In this document: one piece after another, positions 40,701 to 50,286 of the stretch
Numbering within the stretch: position 1 is the stretch's first letter
Layout: each line of letters opens with the position of its first letter
IMG/VR virus record: IMGVR_UViG_3300021961_008224
DNA length: 54,073 bases
Strand: one strand, 5' to 3'
Source of the DNA: an uncultured virus (IMG/VR IMGVR_UViG_3300021961_008224)
Lineage: Duplodnaviria; Heunggongvirae; Uroviricota; Caudoviricetes
Program-made: the position numbers and the translations under genes
Notes under the pieces: generated by a model
What the model saw: only the letters and a program-made list of their open reading frames with translations
Database searches by the model: none
What the model was told of the DNA's origin: nothing

Positions 40701-42640
40701 CAAATTTACCATCATATTATTATTCGGGATATAGTACTAACGCTCATACGTTCTATTCTAGTTTAGATAATACTAAAGTGATTCCTTCAGTATTTGTACC
40801 CTCACCACCAGCTACGGTGTTGAGTCCATCTAAAATCGATAATACAACACTGTCTCCTAGAAGTGTACTTAGGTCATTATTCGGCCAGGCGTTATATAGT
40901 GGTACATTAAAACCAAGTAAATATAACCCTAACGAATTTGTTGATGGAGGTTCCTATGTATATACCCCGTCAACAACAACACCAAATAATTTAAAATCAT
41001 ATTATTATAGTCCAGGATATAATACAGGTAATACTTTAAGTATGTCTTATTATAAGAATATTGTTATGAGAAGTGATAGATTACCTACCTCGGATATACA
41101 AACAACAAATGGTAATAACACTTATTTCTTACAACAAAATCCATTGATAACGATTTACACCTATTCTACTAATGGGGTTGTTGTTGCGGGACCAGGTCAA
41201 TCAAACGCATCTTACGCAGACGAATTTGAACCTAATGATAATGCGTTTGAAAGTAATAGTGCTTTGAATACGTTTACTTGTAGTAAGATGGTTTCGTTAA
41301 AATGTTATGCGGGTAATGGTTTAAATATTACCGTAGACCCTGGTTGTAAAAACGATGATGCGGTAACTGATTCTGGATGTTATCGTTTTTGTCCTCGTTG
41401 TGGTGACGCTAATGATATTTTTGGGCCTCTTGCGGGTATGTTAGATGACATTAAAAACTTCGGTGAGTATATTCTTAGATTTAAATTTTTCTTCGCATTA
41501 TGCCAAGGAGTTCTAAGTCAGGTCTTTAATAATAATTGGGTTAACGGTGTTTTATTTGCGTACCCATTCAAAATTAACACTTACTATAATAGTAAGAACA
41601 AGGTTAACGGTAGAGAGTATTGTCGAGATATTGTTTTCTTACACCCGACAACAAATACGTTTTATTATAGAAGTACTCCTTGGGATGGTAGTAACTTTAT
41701 TGGGTTTAAATCAAGAGGGGATGATGCTAAAGGGGCTAATGATACTAATTTAAAATACCCTACAACTCTTATTAATTTAGGTCCTAGAGATTCGTTTTTA
41801 AAAGAAATAATCTTAAATGGTAACTTTAATGGATATAATATGAAAGAGTTTGCGGAAACATCATATAACGATACTTCAGATATGGTTAATTTATTTGGTA
41901 TTATGAGAATACTTGACTCAAGTTTCTTAGCTAACTTCTTTGGTAATCAAATTACTAAATTATTTTCAAGAGGAGGTAGAAAGGTTGACGCGGATTTCGC
42001 TCAGTCAGTCGCGGTTAACTCTCAAATTGGTGTTGTACCTTTAGATACTTCATTCTATACTACATCACCATCATCACCTGGTGGAGCATCTGTTATTGCT
42101 GCGGGAGGTAGTTCAAGTAGTATTATGATGGGTATTATGTTTACTTCAAGTACTGAATCAATACAAGTTAGAGATTTTATATCACCTGTTAGAACAATTA
42201 GATGGAACCCATTGACTAATGATTTTGCTTATGATTATACTGAAACTAAATCACAACTTACACCTCATTATATGTGGAGATTAAATTCAGGTCCTACGAT
42301 TTTTGGTACTCAAACTAATAACTGGGCGACATCTCCAGACCCATCAAGTATTGTTGCGGTTAAATACCAACATATGGATAGATTACCAACACAAATACCT
42401 GGTAGTCCATATCCTGTATGGAACGCTTCGGTTAATGAATATAATGCTCGAGGTTATTTATTTGCAAGTAATTCAAATGATATGGCGTCAATAACTTACA
42501 ATTATTCGGCACCAACAATTCAAGGTAAAACGATATTAGGAGGGGCTCCTTGGTATTTCTATTTTGGATTAAGAAAAGGTAATACCGCCATAAACAGATT
42601 TTCAAACAAGTTCATAGGGACTACAGGATTAAATGAGTAA
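37754..42640 (+). CDS. Large tail-region protein: N-terminal carboxypeptidase-regulatory/transthyretin-like beta domain, internal hydrophobic hairpin, Cys clusters
   Basis: GVIAGRVFANNGYGIPNAKLSI...TNDSGDYLIYGVPVG; a ~70-aa hydrophobic stretch at ~39257-39469; TATTTAT at 37731. Confidence 0.65.
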   Translation: MGNSYRIKANPGKDQNLVVQVDQDFEQLEILSLKIRQGDVYLRMCSDYGVIAGRVFANNGYGIPNAKLSIFIPVTDEDLKNPVIKSIYPYKSVLDTNEDGYKFNLLPYLPSYSNHVATGTFPSRKDNLVDQTVVQLYDKYYKYTVQTNDSGDYLIYGVPVGSHTIVMNVDLSDIGPFSLGPQDLVRMGLATEEQFDGNKFNSSSNFNSLPQVIVINKSIEVAPFWGEPEICQIGITRTDFDITNEANIDIKPTAIFMGSLVSTSNSIAIKQNCVSRKETGNQCQMTTGPGEILAITQTIFNDSDGLPILEQAKLPNGGKVIDGNGTWMFDLPMNNNYISTNEYGEQVISNDPKVGIPTKAKYRFKIKWQQSKSIAEDFKRGYFLVPNIKEKGWEFYGSDPLRGGLGDYNDALTSYAFDLGWSGYTTGPVDLTNTELLSYINCEDRFYEFDYNKVYTVSGLIDNYKVANGKEKFLAIKRIDDDTCDDSVNKFPANDGVFHTSLLWIILNILISIIGFLMLPVLIAYDIIAFIVNLIFLIINAILCGLCGIGFSIVAISWYPFGWICSALGINCDDPQPPIKPLDMPMLTYPDCEACSCDGSDGESNDPTSGNGEQNSSQAQQIQNQFITPFNTPTSFGKLDNPTVFNSVFSNTLFWSPSNVPIIKQLLGGRFENGTYMTAGGVGRINTSSGFIECYDLPFGERINLFNTKGSYYNGANQVKVTYEPTANGPAAGHFDNVIAILVSKGTTLTAGKMFSFNSPYSSKDPNFTGATVNNLGGNQLTGTTTIPTTLSGTYASPTNPLSNIPFSYSTPTMYNTNVNKTLYYTYPSDIEYFQVITGMTVSEFRSLVPSIRFANSFGEIIESTSTITNFNGIASDTVTVKPIDFIAQDSKVLIVQRGVDPNSFMVQTKFDLSRIFGYTSINQPNCIVIGDYKVNVPIKNSTLPASSSPLNMFDHDFGPGMNNNTPNNGFNLYFSSQFFEPANLPSYYYSGYSTNAHTFYSSLDNTKVIPSVFVPSPPATVLSPSKIDNTTLSPRSVLRSLFGQALYSGTLKPSKYNPNEFVDGGSYVYTPSTTTPNNLKSYYYSPGYNTGNTLSMSYYKNIVMRSDRLPTSDIQTTNGNNTYFLQQNPLITIYTYSTNGVVVAGPGQSNASYADEFEPNDNAFESNSALNTFTCSKMVSLKCYAGNGLNITVDPGCKNDDAVTDSGCYRFCPRCGDANDIFGPLAGMLDDIKNFGEYILRFKFFFALCQGVLSQVFNNNWVNGVLFAYPFKINTYYNSKNKVNGREYCRDIVFLHPTTNTFYYRSTPWDGSNFIGFKSRGDDAKGANDTNLKYPTTLINLGPRDSFLKEIILNGNFNGYNMKEFAETSYNDTSDMVNLFGIMRILDSSFLANFFGNQITKLFSRGGRKVDADFAQSVAVNSQIGVVPLDTSFYTTSPSSPGGASVIAAGGSSSSIMMGIMFTSSTESIQVRDFISPVRTIRWNPLTNDFAYDYTETKSQLTPHYMWRLNSGPTIFGTQTNNWATSPDPSSIVAVKYQHMDRLPTQIPGSPYPVWNASVNEYNARGYLFASNSNDMASITYNYSAPTIQGKTILGGAPWYFYFGLRKGNTAINRFSNKFIGTTGLNE

Positions 42641-44435
42641 TCAAATTGAAACAAGAATAGTATTAGGGTCTAAAAGATATAAGACTGCGATTGATACTGA
42701 TTTAGGTATTAAAGTACCACTAGAAAATACTCAAAAAGAAATTGATGAGTTTGATAGGAATAATCGAATCAGTTTAGCTCAAGTATTTGATGATGAAAGA
42801 CAAGCGTCATCTACGTTTAGAATTAGTGCTAATATGGATTTTATGTTCTATAATGTGTACAGTGGAAGTACAGGTTTACTTGATTATAAACCTTTCACGT
42901 ATAATATGTATTATGCGAATCAATTAAGTTCATTTAATACAACTATGTGGACAGGTTACCCATTATACAATGAATTTGATTTTATAAGAACAGATAACAA
43001 TGTACCAGGTTACACCACAACATCAGGTACTGTCCAACCTCACATATATTTTGTTAATAAAAGTGCGACAACATATAATTGGACTCAATATATTAGTTAT
43101 GCGTATCAAAACGATTATACTAAACGATTGGAATATTATGAAGAAGATGGTGGTACTAATGGATGGGCTGCGGGTGACGGGATTCCTTTCTATATTCAAA
43201 ATCCGTATAACGAATCGGGACAAGATTTAATTTCATTTGTCTGTCCCGTTAAACACAATCTATCTGAAGGAGAATATGTTGAAATAAACATTCCAGGATG
43301 GTTGGGTTATGGAGGAAGCAAAATCTTTCAAGTTTACTCCTTAGGTCAATCAGGGTTTGGTTCAGGTGAGTATATTTTCAATATCTATAATTACGGATTC
43401 ACAGGAGTTACATTTACAAATGATACTAAAGGTACTTTTAAAAGAATAATTGACATTTATAATTCAGGTGAAACTAAGTCAGAATATTATGTTAGAAAAC
43501 ACAAGATACTGACAAATGTAAGTGACACTATATTAACTAAGGCGGGGTTTGAATATAATCCATTTGATAATGTAAGACAATACGAATATAGTTCGTTAAC
43601 TCCTGACCATACCGCTAGAATCACTCAAAAAGAAGGTAATCAGTCGTATCTAATTTCATTTAGTAAAGATATTAATATTAAACCTTACGTAGATAATCAA
43701 AATAGACCATTAAGTGAATTATTCATAACCATTATTAATAAAGGATACTTTGGTTGGATGAATAAACCACTTGATACTAACATACCAAATTTTCCAGCGA
43801 TTAGAGAAGGTTTTGGATTTAATATAACTTCGGATGTTAATCCATATTGGGCGGCGTCTAATAGTTCAAGAAATAAAACTAATATTAGTACAGGTACTTA
43901 TAGTAAGACAATAGGTAGTAACACTTTCAATTTTTATTATAATAATGATTTAAAAGAAGGTGATATTATTGATGGTGATTATTGTGAATTTAATCGATTT
44001 GAACAAAAAGAAAGAGTTATATCTCCTCTATATCATAAGATTGTTTTTAATAATAATTTATTTAAAGTTGGGTGTATTTTAAATGCTGACCCATTTAATT
44101 TTTCGTGTAGTCCTAATAACCCTCCAGGATATTATTATCAACCACATAATACTATTACACTTAAAGTATATTCTGACTATATTGAAGAAGGGGATATTAA
44201 ATCAATTGAAGGTGTGCCTGATTATGCTTACTTCTCAGAATACTATCAAACATTAAGATGGAGAGATTTATATACTTATGGTTTTATTGATAGTAATGGA
44301 TTGGGTGTGGATTACCCATTCTTAAACGGAACACATTATCCATCAAGAAAAATAATATTCAGATTATTTCCTGAAGGAAATGTACCTGAACAATTATACG
44401 CGATTTCAGACCCTGATACAGATGATTGTGAATAA
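42633..44435 (+). CDS. Hypothetical structural protein (600 aa)
   Basis: Overlap-coupled ORF in the baseplate/appendage operon; rich in aromatic residues and Asn. Confidence 0.7.
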   Translation: MSNQIETRIVLGSKRYKTAIDTDLGIKVPLENTQKEIDEFDRNNRISLAQVFDDERQASSTFRISANMDFMFYNVYSGSTGLLDYKPFTYNMYYANQLSSFNTTMWTGYPLYNEFDFIRTDNNVPGYTTTSGTVQPHIYFVNKSATTYNWTQYISYAYQNDYTKRLEYYEEDGGTNGWAAGDGIPFYIQNPYNESGQDLISFVCPVKHNLSEGEYVEINIPGWLGYGGSKIFQVYSLGQSGFGSGEYIFNIYNYGFTGVTFTNDTKGTFKRIIDIYNSGETKSEYYVRKHKILTNVSDTILTKAGFEYNPFDNVRQYEYSSLTPDHTARITQKEGNQSYLISFSKDINIKPYVDNQNRPLSELFITIINKGYFGWMNKPLDTNIPNFPAIREGFGFNITSDVNPYWAASNSSRNKTNISTGTYSKTIGSNTFNFYYNNDLKEGDIIDGDYCEFNRFEQKERVISPLYHKIVFNNNLFKVGCILNADPFNFSCSPNNPPGYYYQPHNTITLKVYSDYIEEGDIKSIEGVPDYAYFSEYYQTLRWRDLYTYGFIDSNGLGVDYPFLNGTHYPSRKIIFRLFPEGNVPEQLYAISDPDTDDCE

Positions 44436-45234
44436 ATATAAAATATCATTACCTACTGATACTGATAAAGAATTAGTTATACCAGTACAAATGACTTGGG
44501 ATTTAGCCGACAGGTCAGATTCTTTAGTCGCGTTTGAACGAAATGCGATTACTGAAATATTAAATGGTGATAAAGATTTTGAGGTTGCAAGATTTGCACC
44601 TGCGGGTATTGTTGACCCCACTAATAATGTGTTGAGGACTGATGTTAATTATTCATTTAACTTTGTACCTAATGGTGCTAGCGTTAGTACAACAATATGG
44701 GAACCGTCGTATGTTGTCCAAGGATTCTCAACTAATGAAGTTTATATGTATTCAAATCCGTTTAAAAGGTCATTCTTTAAATTGGACTTATACGATAGTA
44801 CGGATTTAAAGACTCAGACGAATTACGTAACAATTATATTACCAACTCAACAAGGGGCTACAACCGCGGCAACAGTTAACTATGAGACTAAGAATATTAA
44901 AACTCCAATATTCAAATTGGATTATTTAGGGGACCAAGAAGGTATGTTTATTTATTGGTTAAAAAAACGAGATTTTTTAAATATTACAACATTTTATATG
45001 ACCGCTAAGTTTTTTGATGCTAAAAATGGGTATTTTATTAAAATGATGAACAGACCTCAGTCAAGTTTGATTGGTGATAAGTTTAATTTCCCACAGGATA
45101 GATATTTTTATTATAAGGTCATCTTAGATTATAATACTTACACCTATAAAATCTATGATATTTCAGGTGGAGGACAAACTCTTGTAGGTCAAGAGTCTAA
45201 TCCGATAAAATGGTACGAATATATTAACCCATAA
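44422..45234 (+). CDS. Hypothetical structural protein (likely start ATG 44422 or GTG 44428)
   Basis: A start overlapping the upstream stop fits the coupling seen elsewhere better than 44380. Confidence 0.65.
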   Translation: MIVNKYKISLPTDTDKELVIPVQMTWDLADRSDSLVAFERNAITEILNGDKDFEVARFAPAGIVDPTNNVLRTDVNYSFNFVPNGASVSTTIWEPSYVVQGFSTNEVYMYSNPFKRSFFKLDLYDSTDLKTQTNYVTIILPTQQGATTAATVNYETKNIKTPIFKLDYLGDQEGMFIYWLKKRDFLNITTFYMTAKFFDAKNGYFIKMMNRPQSSLIGDKFNFPQDRYFYYKVILDYNTYTYKIYDISGGGQTLVGQESNPIKWYEYINP

Positions 45235-46346
45235 TGAACGAAGATAGATACTATATTAAAATTTCCCCTGAAGTTATTAATGGTGACATATTCAATATAT
45301 GTTACCCAAGTGGTAATACATATCCGAGTGGTTGTACATATGTTTATTCTGGTATGAGTCAAATTCTTTCAGGAGGGACTAATGGAGATTCATTATTAAC
45401 TGGACTAACAATTCCTATTATGATAACAGAGACTGCGGTTGATGTTGGATTATATTCGATATTTGACGGTAACTTGTTACAATCTGATGTTGTTAAGAAT
45501 TTTGTGTTTTCGGCTCAAACAGTTTCACCTAAAAGATATTATTTCTATAATACTTCAGACCAGAAATATAAAAACTATTTAAAGTTCTCAACGTTTGAGG
45601 TTGATTGGGGAGATGGTGTTAGTGGTCAAACAATTACAACATTATCGCCAAATTATATTTATCACGACTACATTAATAACGGGACTTATACCATTACTTT
45701 AACTCAAAAAAACCCTTGGGGGGTTAATACAGTTAAGAAAACTATAGTAGTTCCATTTACAGGTACTACAATAGATAACCCTAACGGTACTGCATATTTC
45801 ACGTCAAATGTTGGTTCTTGGAGCGCGACGCCAATATCCTATGATTATATATTTACAGGAGATTCTGAGAACAACATAGTCTCCCAAGTTTCGAGTAACT
45901 ATACATCAACACCTTTTTTAATAACTGGTAACACAGATTCTCGAATAACTGAATTACAATCTTACGGTAAAAATCCTTACGTTCTTAATAAAGTTATTAA
46001 GGACAAAAATAATCAGTTTTTTGGGGTAATAAGTGCGATGACCCCAACATATACAGGGTATACAATACAAGATACTCAGTATCTTGATTTTATTGATGGA
46101 ACGACATCCTACTTAACATATAGTAGTGGTTTAATTCCTGAGTGGATGGTTCAAGAACCAATAGTTAAAGATGAATCACTGATGAATATTGTTTACCAAC
46201 CTGAAGTACAATCCGACGTTTTTATTGAACGAGGTAAGAACAGTGCTTTAGAACGAATTGAAAGATTAGGTGAGGTTGATAACATCGGAGACCTTGAAAA
46301 CTACGGATACGGATTTTTTAATTTTATAAAACAAGAAAATCTATAA
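45234..46346 (+). CDS. PKD/Ig-like domain structural protein
   Basis: FEVDWGDG...HDYINNGTYTITLT PKD signature. Confidence 0.7.
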   Translation: MNEDRYYIKISPEVINGDIFNICYPSGNTYPSGCTYVYSGMSQILSGGTNGDSLLTGLTIPIMITETAVDVGLYSIFDGNLLQSDVVKNFVFSAQTVSPKRYYFYNTSDQKYKNYLKFSTFEVDWGDGVSGQTITTLSPNYIYHDYINNGTYTITLTQKNPWGVNTVKKTIVVPFTGTTIDNPNGTAYFTSNVGSWSATPISYDYIFTGDSENNIVSQVSSNYTSTPFLITGNTDSRITELQSYGKNPYVLNKVIKDKNNQFFGVISAMTPTYTGYTIQDTQYLDFIDGTTSYLTYSSGLIPEWMVQEPIVKDESLMNIVYQPEVQSDVFIERGKNSALERIERLGEVDNIGDLENYGYGFFNFIKQENL

Positions 46347-46393
46347 TCAAAAAAGACTAATAAACTATTTATTAAATAACAAAATAAAACAAA

Positions 46394-47302
46394 ATGGCAA
46401 TAGGAACATATGGAACGATAAGACCGTCAGATGTATCACCCGAAGATGTTGATATTATTTTAAATTATACACCTTCAAGAGATGCTACGGACAACTTTAT
46501 ATTAAAATCGTTGGATGCTAAAACAATATTAAGACCTTACTTCAATAATGCAAGTACGGGTGGTAACGCCGACATTGAAATTCTTGGTGGGTTGTATAAT
46601 TTAAAATTACCAGCAAATGAATTTAATAAACTTGGGATTTATACCTTATATCTTAGACCTGCACAAATTAGAACGCAGATTAATGATTGTGGTGTATTAT
46701 CTGCGTTACCAAACATTAAAGGTATTGTAATTAATTTAGATAATGTTCCTGCACAATTTAAAAATAAATTTACCGCACAAGGTTTAGTTGGTTTTAGAAT
46801 TGAATACTTAAATGATGACGGTACTAAGATACCTAATTTCTTTAGAGTAATTACGTCAAACTTTTACTGTCAACCCGTAACTCAAAACTTAACAAACACA
46901 TCTCAAAAGGCTATTAGATATCGTTATGTTGACGGTGTGACTAATTTAATGTTTTGTACGTTAACACCTTCATCTGCTCCAACTAATAAACCAAATGCAA
47001 CACCATTCATTGGTCAGCCTGGTCAAAATATCATTATCAGTAATACTTTTTTTAATCCAATAACGATTGATATCGAAGTTGCGGAACACGATTTCAATAC
47101 ATTGGCGATAGCTCTTTACGGTAATCAAACTAAGTCTATTGACGACGGTATCTACACAATCTACGACACTGAAAATAACATATATAGACAATATAATCTT
47201 TACGAGATTAGAGATGAATATAATAAATTGTTATTTGAAGTTAGACAAGATAGAGGTAATAATATTGATTTCAGTAAAAACTTCACAAGTATTACAACAT
47301 AA
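46394..47302 (+). CDS. Hypothetical structural protein (302 aa)
   Basis: TATTTAT at 46366-46372; TAATG coupling to the next gene. Confidence 0.7.
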   Translation: MAIGTYGTIRPSDVSPEDVDIILNYTPSRDATDNFILKSLDAKTILRPYFNNASTGGNADIEILGGLYNLKLPANEFNKLGIYTLYLRPAQIRTQINDCGVLSALPNIKGIVINLDNVPAQFKNKFTAQGLVGFRIEYLNDDGTKIPNFFRVITSNFYCQPVTQNLTNTSQKAIRYRYVDGVTNLMFCTLTPSSAPTNKPNATPFIGQPGQNIIISNTFFNPITIDIEVAEHDFNTLAIALYGNQTKSIDDGIYTIYDTENNIYRQYNLYEIRDEYNKLLFEVRQDRGNNIDFSKNFTSITT

Positions 47303-50286
47303 TGGCGAAAAAATTCTATAGATATCCCCCGAGACCCTCTAGCGGAGCTGGAACTTTCTCCGACAACATTGTAGGTTTACAAATTGTTGACGGTGGAGGT
47401 TTGACGCAAGGTAATTTTGAATTCACAACATCGGTAGTTGAAAAAGTTAATAGAAACTTTAATATTGGTGCGTTTTCAGAACCGATATCTTTAGATAGTT
47501 TAAAGATTGGTAATATTTTGGAATCTAAAGCAATTATCGCTAAAGATTTTAGAGTGTATCCTAATTTTGATTTATCTGAGATTTCAAGATTTACTTTGTA
47601 CGGACCATTATCTAAAAGAATGTCAACGTCTATTCAAAAAATCATAAACTTCTTTCCAGGTGCTTTAGAAATATCGCCTGTTAACTATGACGCGTCTACC
47701 GCCAATACTGCGACAAATGCGGTTTATGATATACTTGAAAATCATACAACATTTGATATTAATATTGCTAAAATTAGAAATCCGTTTGGAGTTGATTTTA
47801 GTATAAACTCGACAAGAAACATTTCATTATTAGAGTATCAAGTTTCACCTTTAAGAAATTTAACCACAGAATATACTAAATACTCATTGTTTATTGGGGA
47901 TAAGGAATATCCTATGGTTTACATTAACCCAACCCAAAGTCTATACAGTGGTATTTTAACTGTTACAATACTTGGTAAACCTTTTGGGGATAACTCAACA
48001 AGTTCCGAGTACTTAGTAATCAGACCTAACAGTTTTTATTCCGATAAGTCATTATTGGAACCATTTGATGAGGTTGAAAAATTCTTATTAAATAGGTTAA
48101 TAGTTCCTCAGTACACTGCAGTTTTCCAAGTCCCAAAACAAACAGAAGAAGGATTATTTTATACTGATAACCAAAGAGTTACTTGGCCATTAAATGGTGT
48201 TTGGAATTTAGATATTGCGACAGAATCTTTCGATTTTTATTTAGCAACCGTTAGTGATATTGCGGATTCATTTGACTCGTTTAGAACTAATTTGGTTACT
48301 AGATTTTTAACAACACAAGCCTTTAAGGATTTTGACACGGAAGACCAAAAAGTTCAAAAAATATTGAACGTGTATGGTAGAAGTTTTGATGAGGTTAAAA
48401 AATTTATTGATACCTTATCGTTTATGAATTCTGTAAATTATAATGTTGGTAATGATATTCCATCTCAATTACTTAAAAATCTTGCTGAAACGGTTGGTTG
48501 GAAAATCAATGTCTCACCAATTACTAATGATAGTTTCTTAGAATCTGTATTTGGTAATGATAGTAAAATACAATACCCTGGTTTCTCAAGAGCCAACACC
48601 CCGACAGAATTGAATTATCAGTTTTATAGAAATTTAATATTAAATGCTGCTTACTTATTCAAGTCTAAAGGTACTCGAAAGTCTATTGAATTTATGCTTA
48701 GATTAGTTGGTGCCCCTGAAGCTTTAGTCGAATTTAATGAAAACATTTATGTTGCGGGACAAAAGATTAATATGGGGGATTTTGAAAGACAATATTCTTA
48801 TATTTCAGGAGGAACATACTCTCAAGATTTACCTTCGTATGATAGCGGTACTACATTTTCAATACACGGTATAAAATATACAGGGTTTACTAGTCAAAAA
48901 AATATTGAAGATGCAAACGCAACACTTGCCGATTATCCGATAGACTCTGAAGGTTATCCTTCTTCATTATCAAATAATGAAAATTATTTCTTTCAAAAAG
49001 GTGCGGGTTGGTTTGAATTAGTTAAAGACCACCAAAGTATTCAACAGGTTAATAGAACCACTAGTGTATTTACAGGTCAAAACTTTAATATTCAAACTTA
49101 CTTTGAACCGTTCACCTATGGACAAAAATATTTGGAAAGATATCGAACTTTCCCATATATGACTGAAGGGTTTAAAATAGTTAGAACAATTGATAATAAG
49201 AAAAGTTGGCCAATTAATGATGTTGGGTTAAGAGTTAGTGGGGGTAGGTCAAATTACAACGCATATTACTTTGTTAATAATGAAAAGTTAGTAATTAATG
49301 TTAAGAACATAGATTTATTTATGAATCCTGCTCAGGGGTTATTATATGATGTTTGGACAATGTCTACTAAATATGACTACCCAATCCCTAATACAGGTCT
49401 AACAACACCATATCCACAACCTGGAGGTGTCGATTGGACTTTTATTAATCCGAAACCAAGTAAGAAAACATTTTTTGAGTTTGCTCAAACATTTTGGAGT
49501 AATATGATTAATACTCGAAATAGACAATTCATCTCCGATGGTAAAACAGGAGGGTATCCTACATTACAGTCTATTTGGTGGAAATATCTACAGTCAGAAT
49601 CGGCGGTTAATATCCCTAACGATAATTTTAATTATCAGACAATGATTAATTATATTAATGGTTTAGGTGATTATTGGGTAAGATTGGTGGAACAAATGAT
49701 ACCCGCATCCACTTTATGGATGGCTGGGTCTAAGTTTGAAAACTCAATTTTCCATAGACAAAAATTTGTTTATAGATTACAAAGAGGTTGTGAAATTGTA
49801 CCTTTACCTTGTGACCCTTGTAGTATTAACGGTAACATATTCCCATATAATTGTAGTGAGGAAAAAGTTACTTGTTATGTATATCCTTGGGATAATGGAC
49901 AAACTACTGTAACTTCATTTGGAGATGTATTGTACCAAACAATAAATAACTATTTAATATCTATTGGTGAATCCTTTACAACTTGTTCTGAACAATCAAT
50001 CGTGTCTGATTGGTATGTTGACGTTAAATTAGGTGGGAATCAAATAATGAAAGTTCTGTTTTATAGTGGATTTGGTATTGGAGACGTACCGTCACCAACA
50101 CAGTGGTTAAATACAATTACAACTTATTTACCTGATATATTATTAGAACAGGGTCTTGGTTTTACATTAGACGAAAGTACTAGCCAAAGTAAATTTGTTA
50201 TTTATAATTTAGGATGTGACCCTAAATTTAACGATAAGACATTTGAGTTAAATGTCGGAATAAACTTTTCAATTAAGTGTGATTAA
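47302..50286 (+). CDS. Baseplate wedge / fiber attachment protein (P2 gpI / T4 gp7-like motif)
   Basis: IPSQLLKNLAETVGW...YRNLILNAAYLFKSKGTRKSIEFMLRLVG; Cys-rich C-terminal domain. Confidence 0.6.
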   Translation: MAKKFYRYPPRPSSGAGTFSDNIVGLQIVDGGGLTQGNFEFTTSVVEKVNRNFNIGAFSEPISLDSLKIGNILESKAIIAKDFRVYPNFDLSEISRFTLYGPLSKRMSTSIQKIINFFPGALEISPVNYDASTANTATNAVYDILENHTTFDINIAKIRNPFGVDFSINSTRNISLLEYQVSPLRNLTTEYTKYSLFIGDKEYPMVYINPTQSLYSGILTVTILGKPFGDNSTSSEYLVIRPNSFYSDKSLLEPFDEVEKFLLNRLIVPQYTAVFQVPKQTEEGLFYTDNQRVTWPLNGVWNLDIATESFDFYLATVSDIADSFDSFRTNLVTRFLTTQAFKDFDTEDQKVQKILNVYGRSFDEVKKFIDTLSFMNSVNYNVGNDIPSQLLKNLAETVGWKINVSPITNDSFLESVFGNDSKIQYPGFSRANTPTELNYQFYRNLILNAAYLFKSKGTRKSIEFMLRLVGAPEALVEFNENIYVAGQKINMGDFERQYSYISGGTYSQDLPSYDSGTTFSIHGIKYTGFTSQKNIEDANATLADYPIDSEGYPSSLSNNENYFFQKGAGWFELVKDHQSIQQVNRTTSVFTGQNFNIQTYFEPFTYGQKYLERYRTFPYMTEGFKIVRTIDNKKSWPINDVGLRVSGGRSNYNAYYFVNNEKLVINVKNIDLFMNPAQGLLYDVWTMSTKYDYPIPNTGLTTPYPQPGGVDWTFINPKPSKKTFFEFAQTFWSNMINTRNRQFISDGKTGGYPTLQSIWWKYLQSESAVNIPNDNFNYQTMINYINGLGDYWVRLVEQMIPASTLWMAGSKFENSIFHRQKFVYRLQRGCEIVPLPCDPCSINGNIFPYNCSEEKVTCYVYPWDNGQTTVTSFGDVLYQTINNYLISIGESFTTCSEQSIVSDWYVDVKLGGNQIMKVLFYSGFGIGDVPSPTQWLNTITTYLPDILLEQGLGFTLDESTSQSKFVIYNLGCDPKFNDKTFELNVGINFSIKCD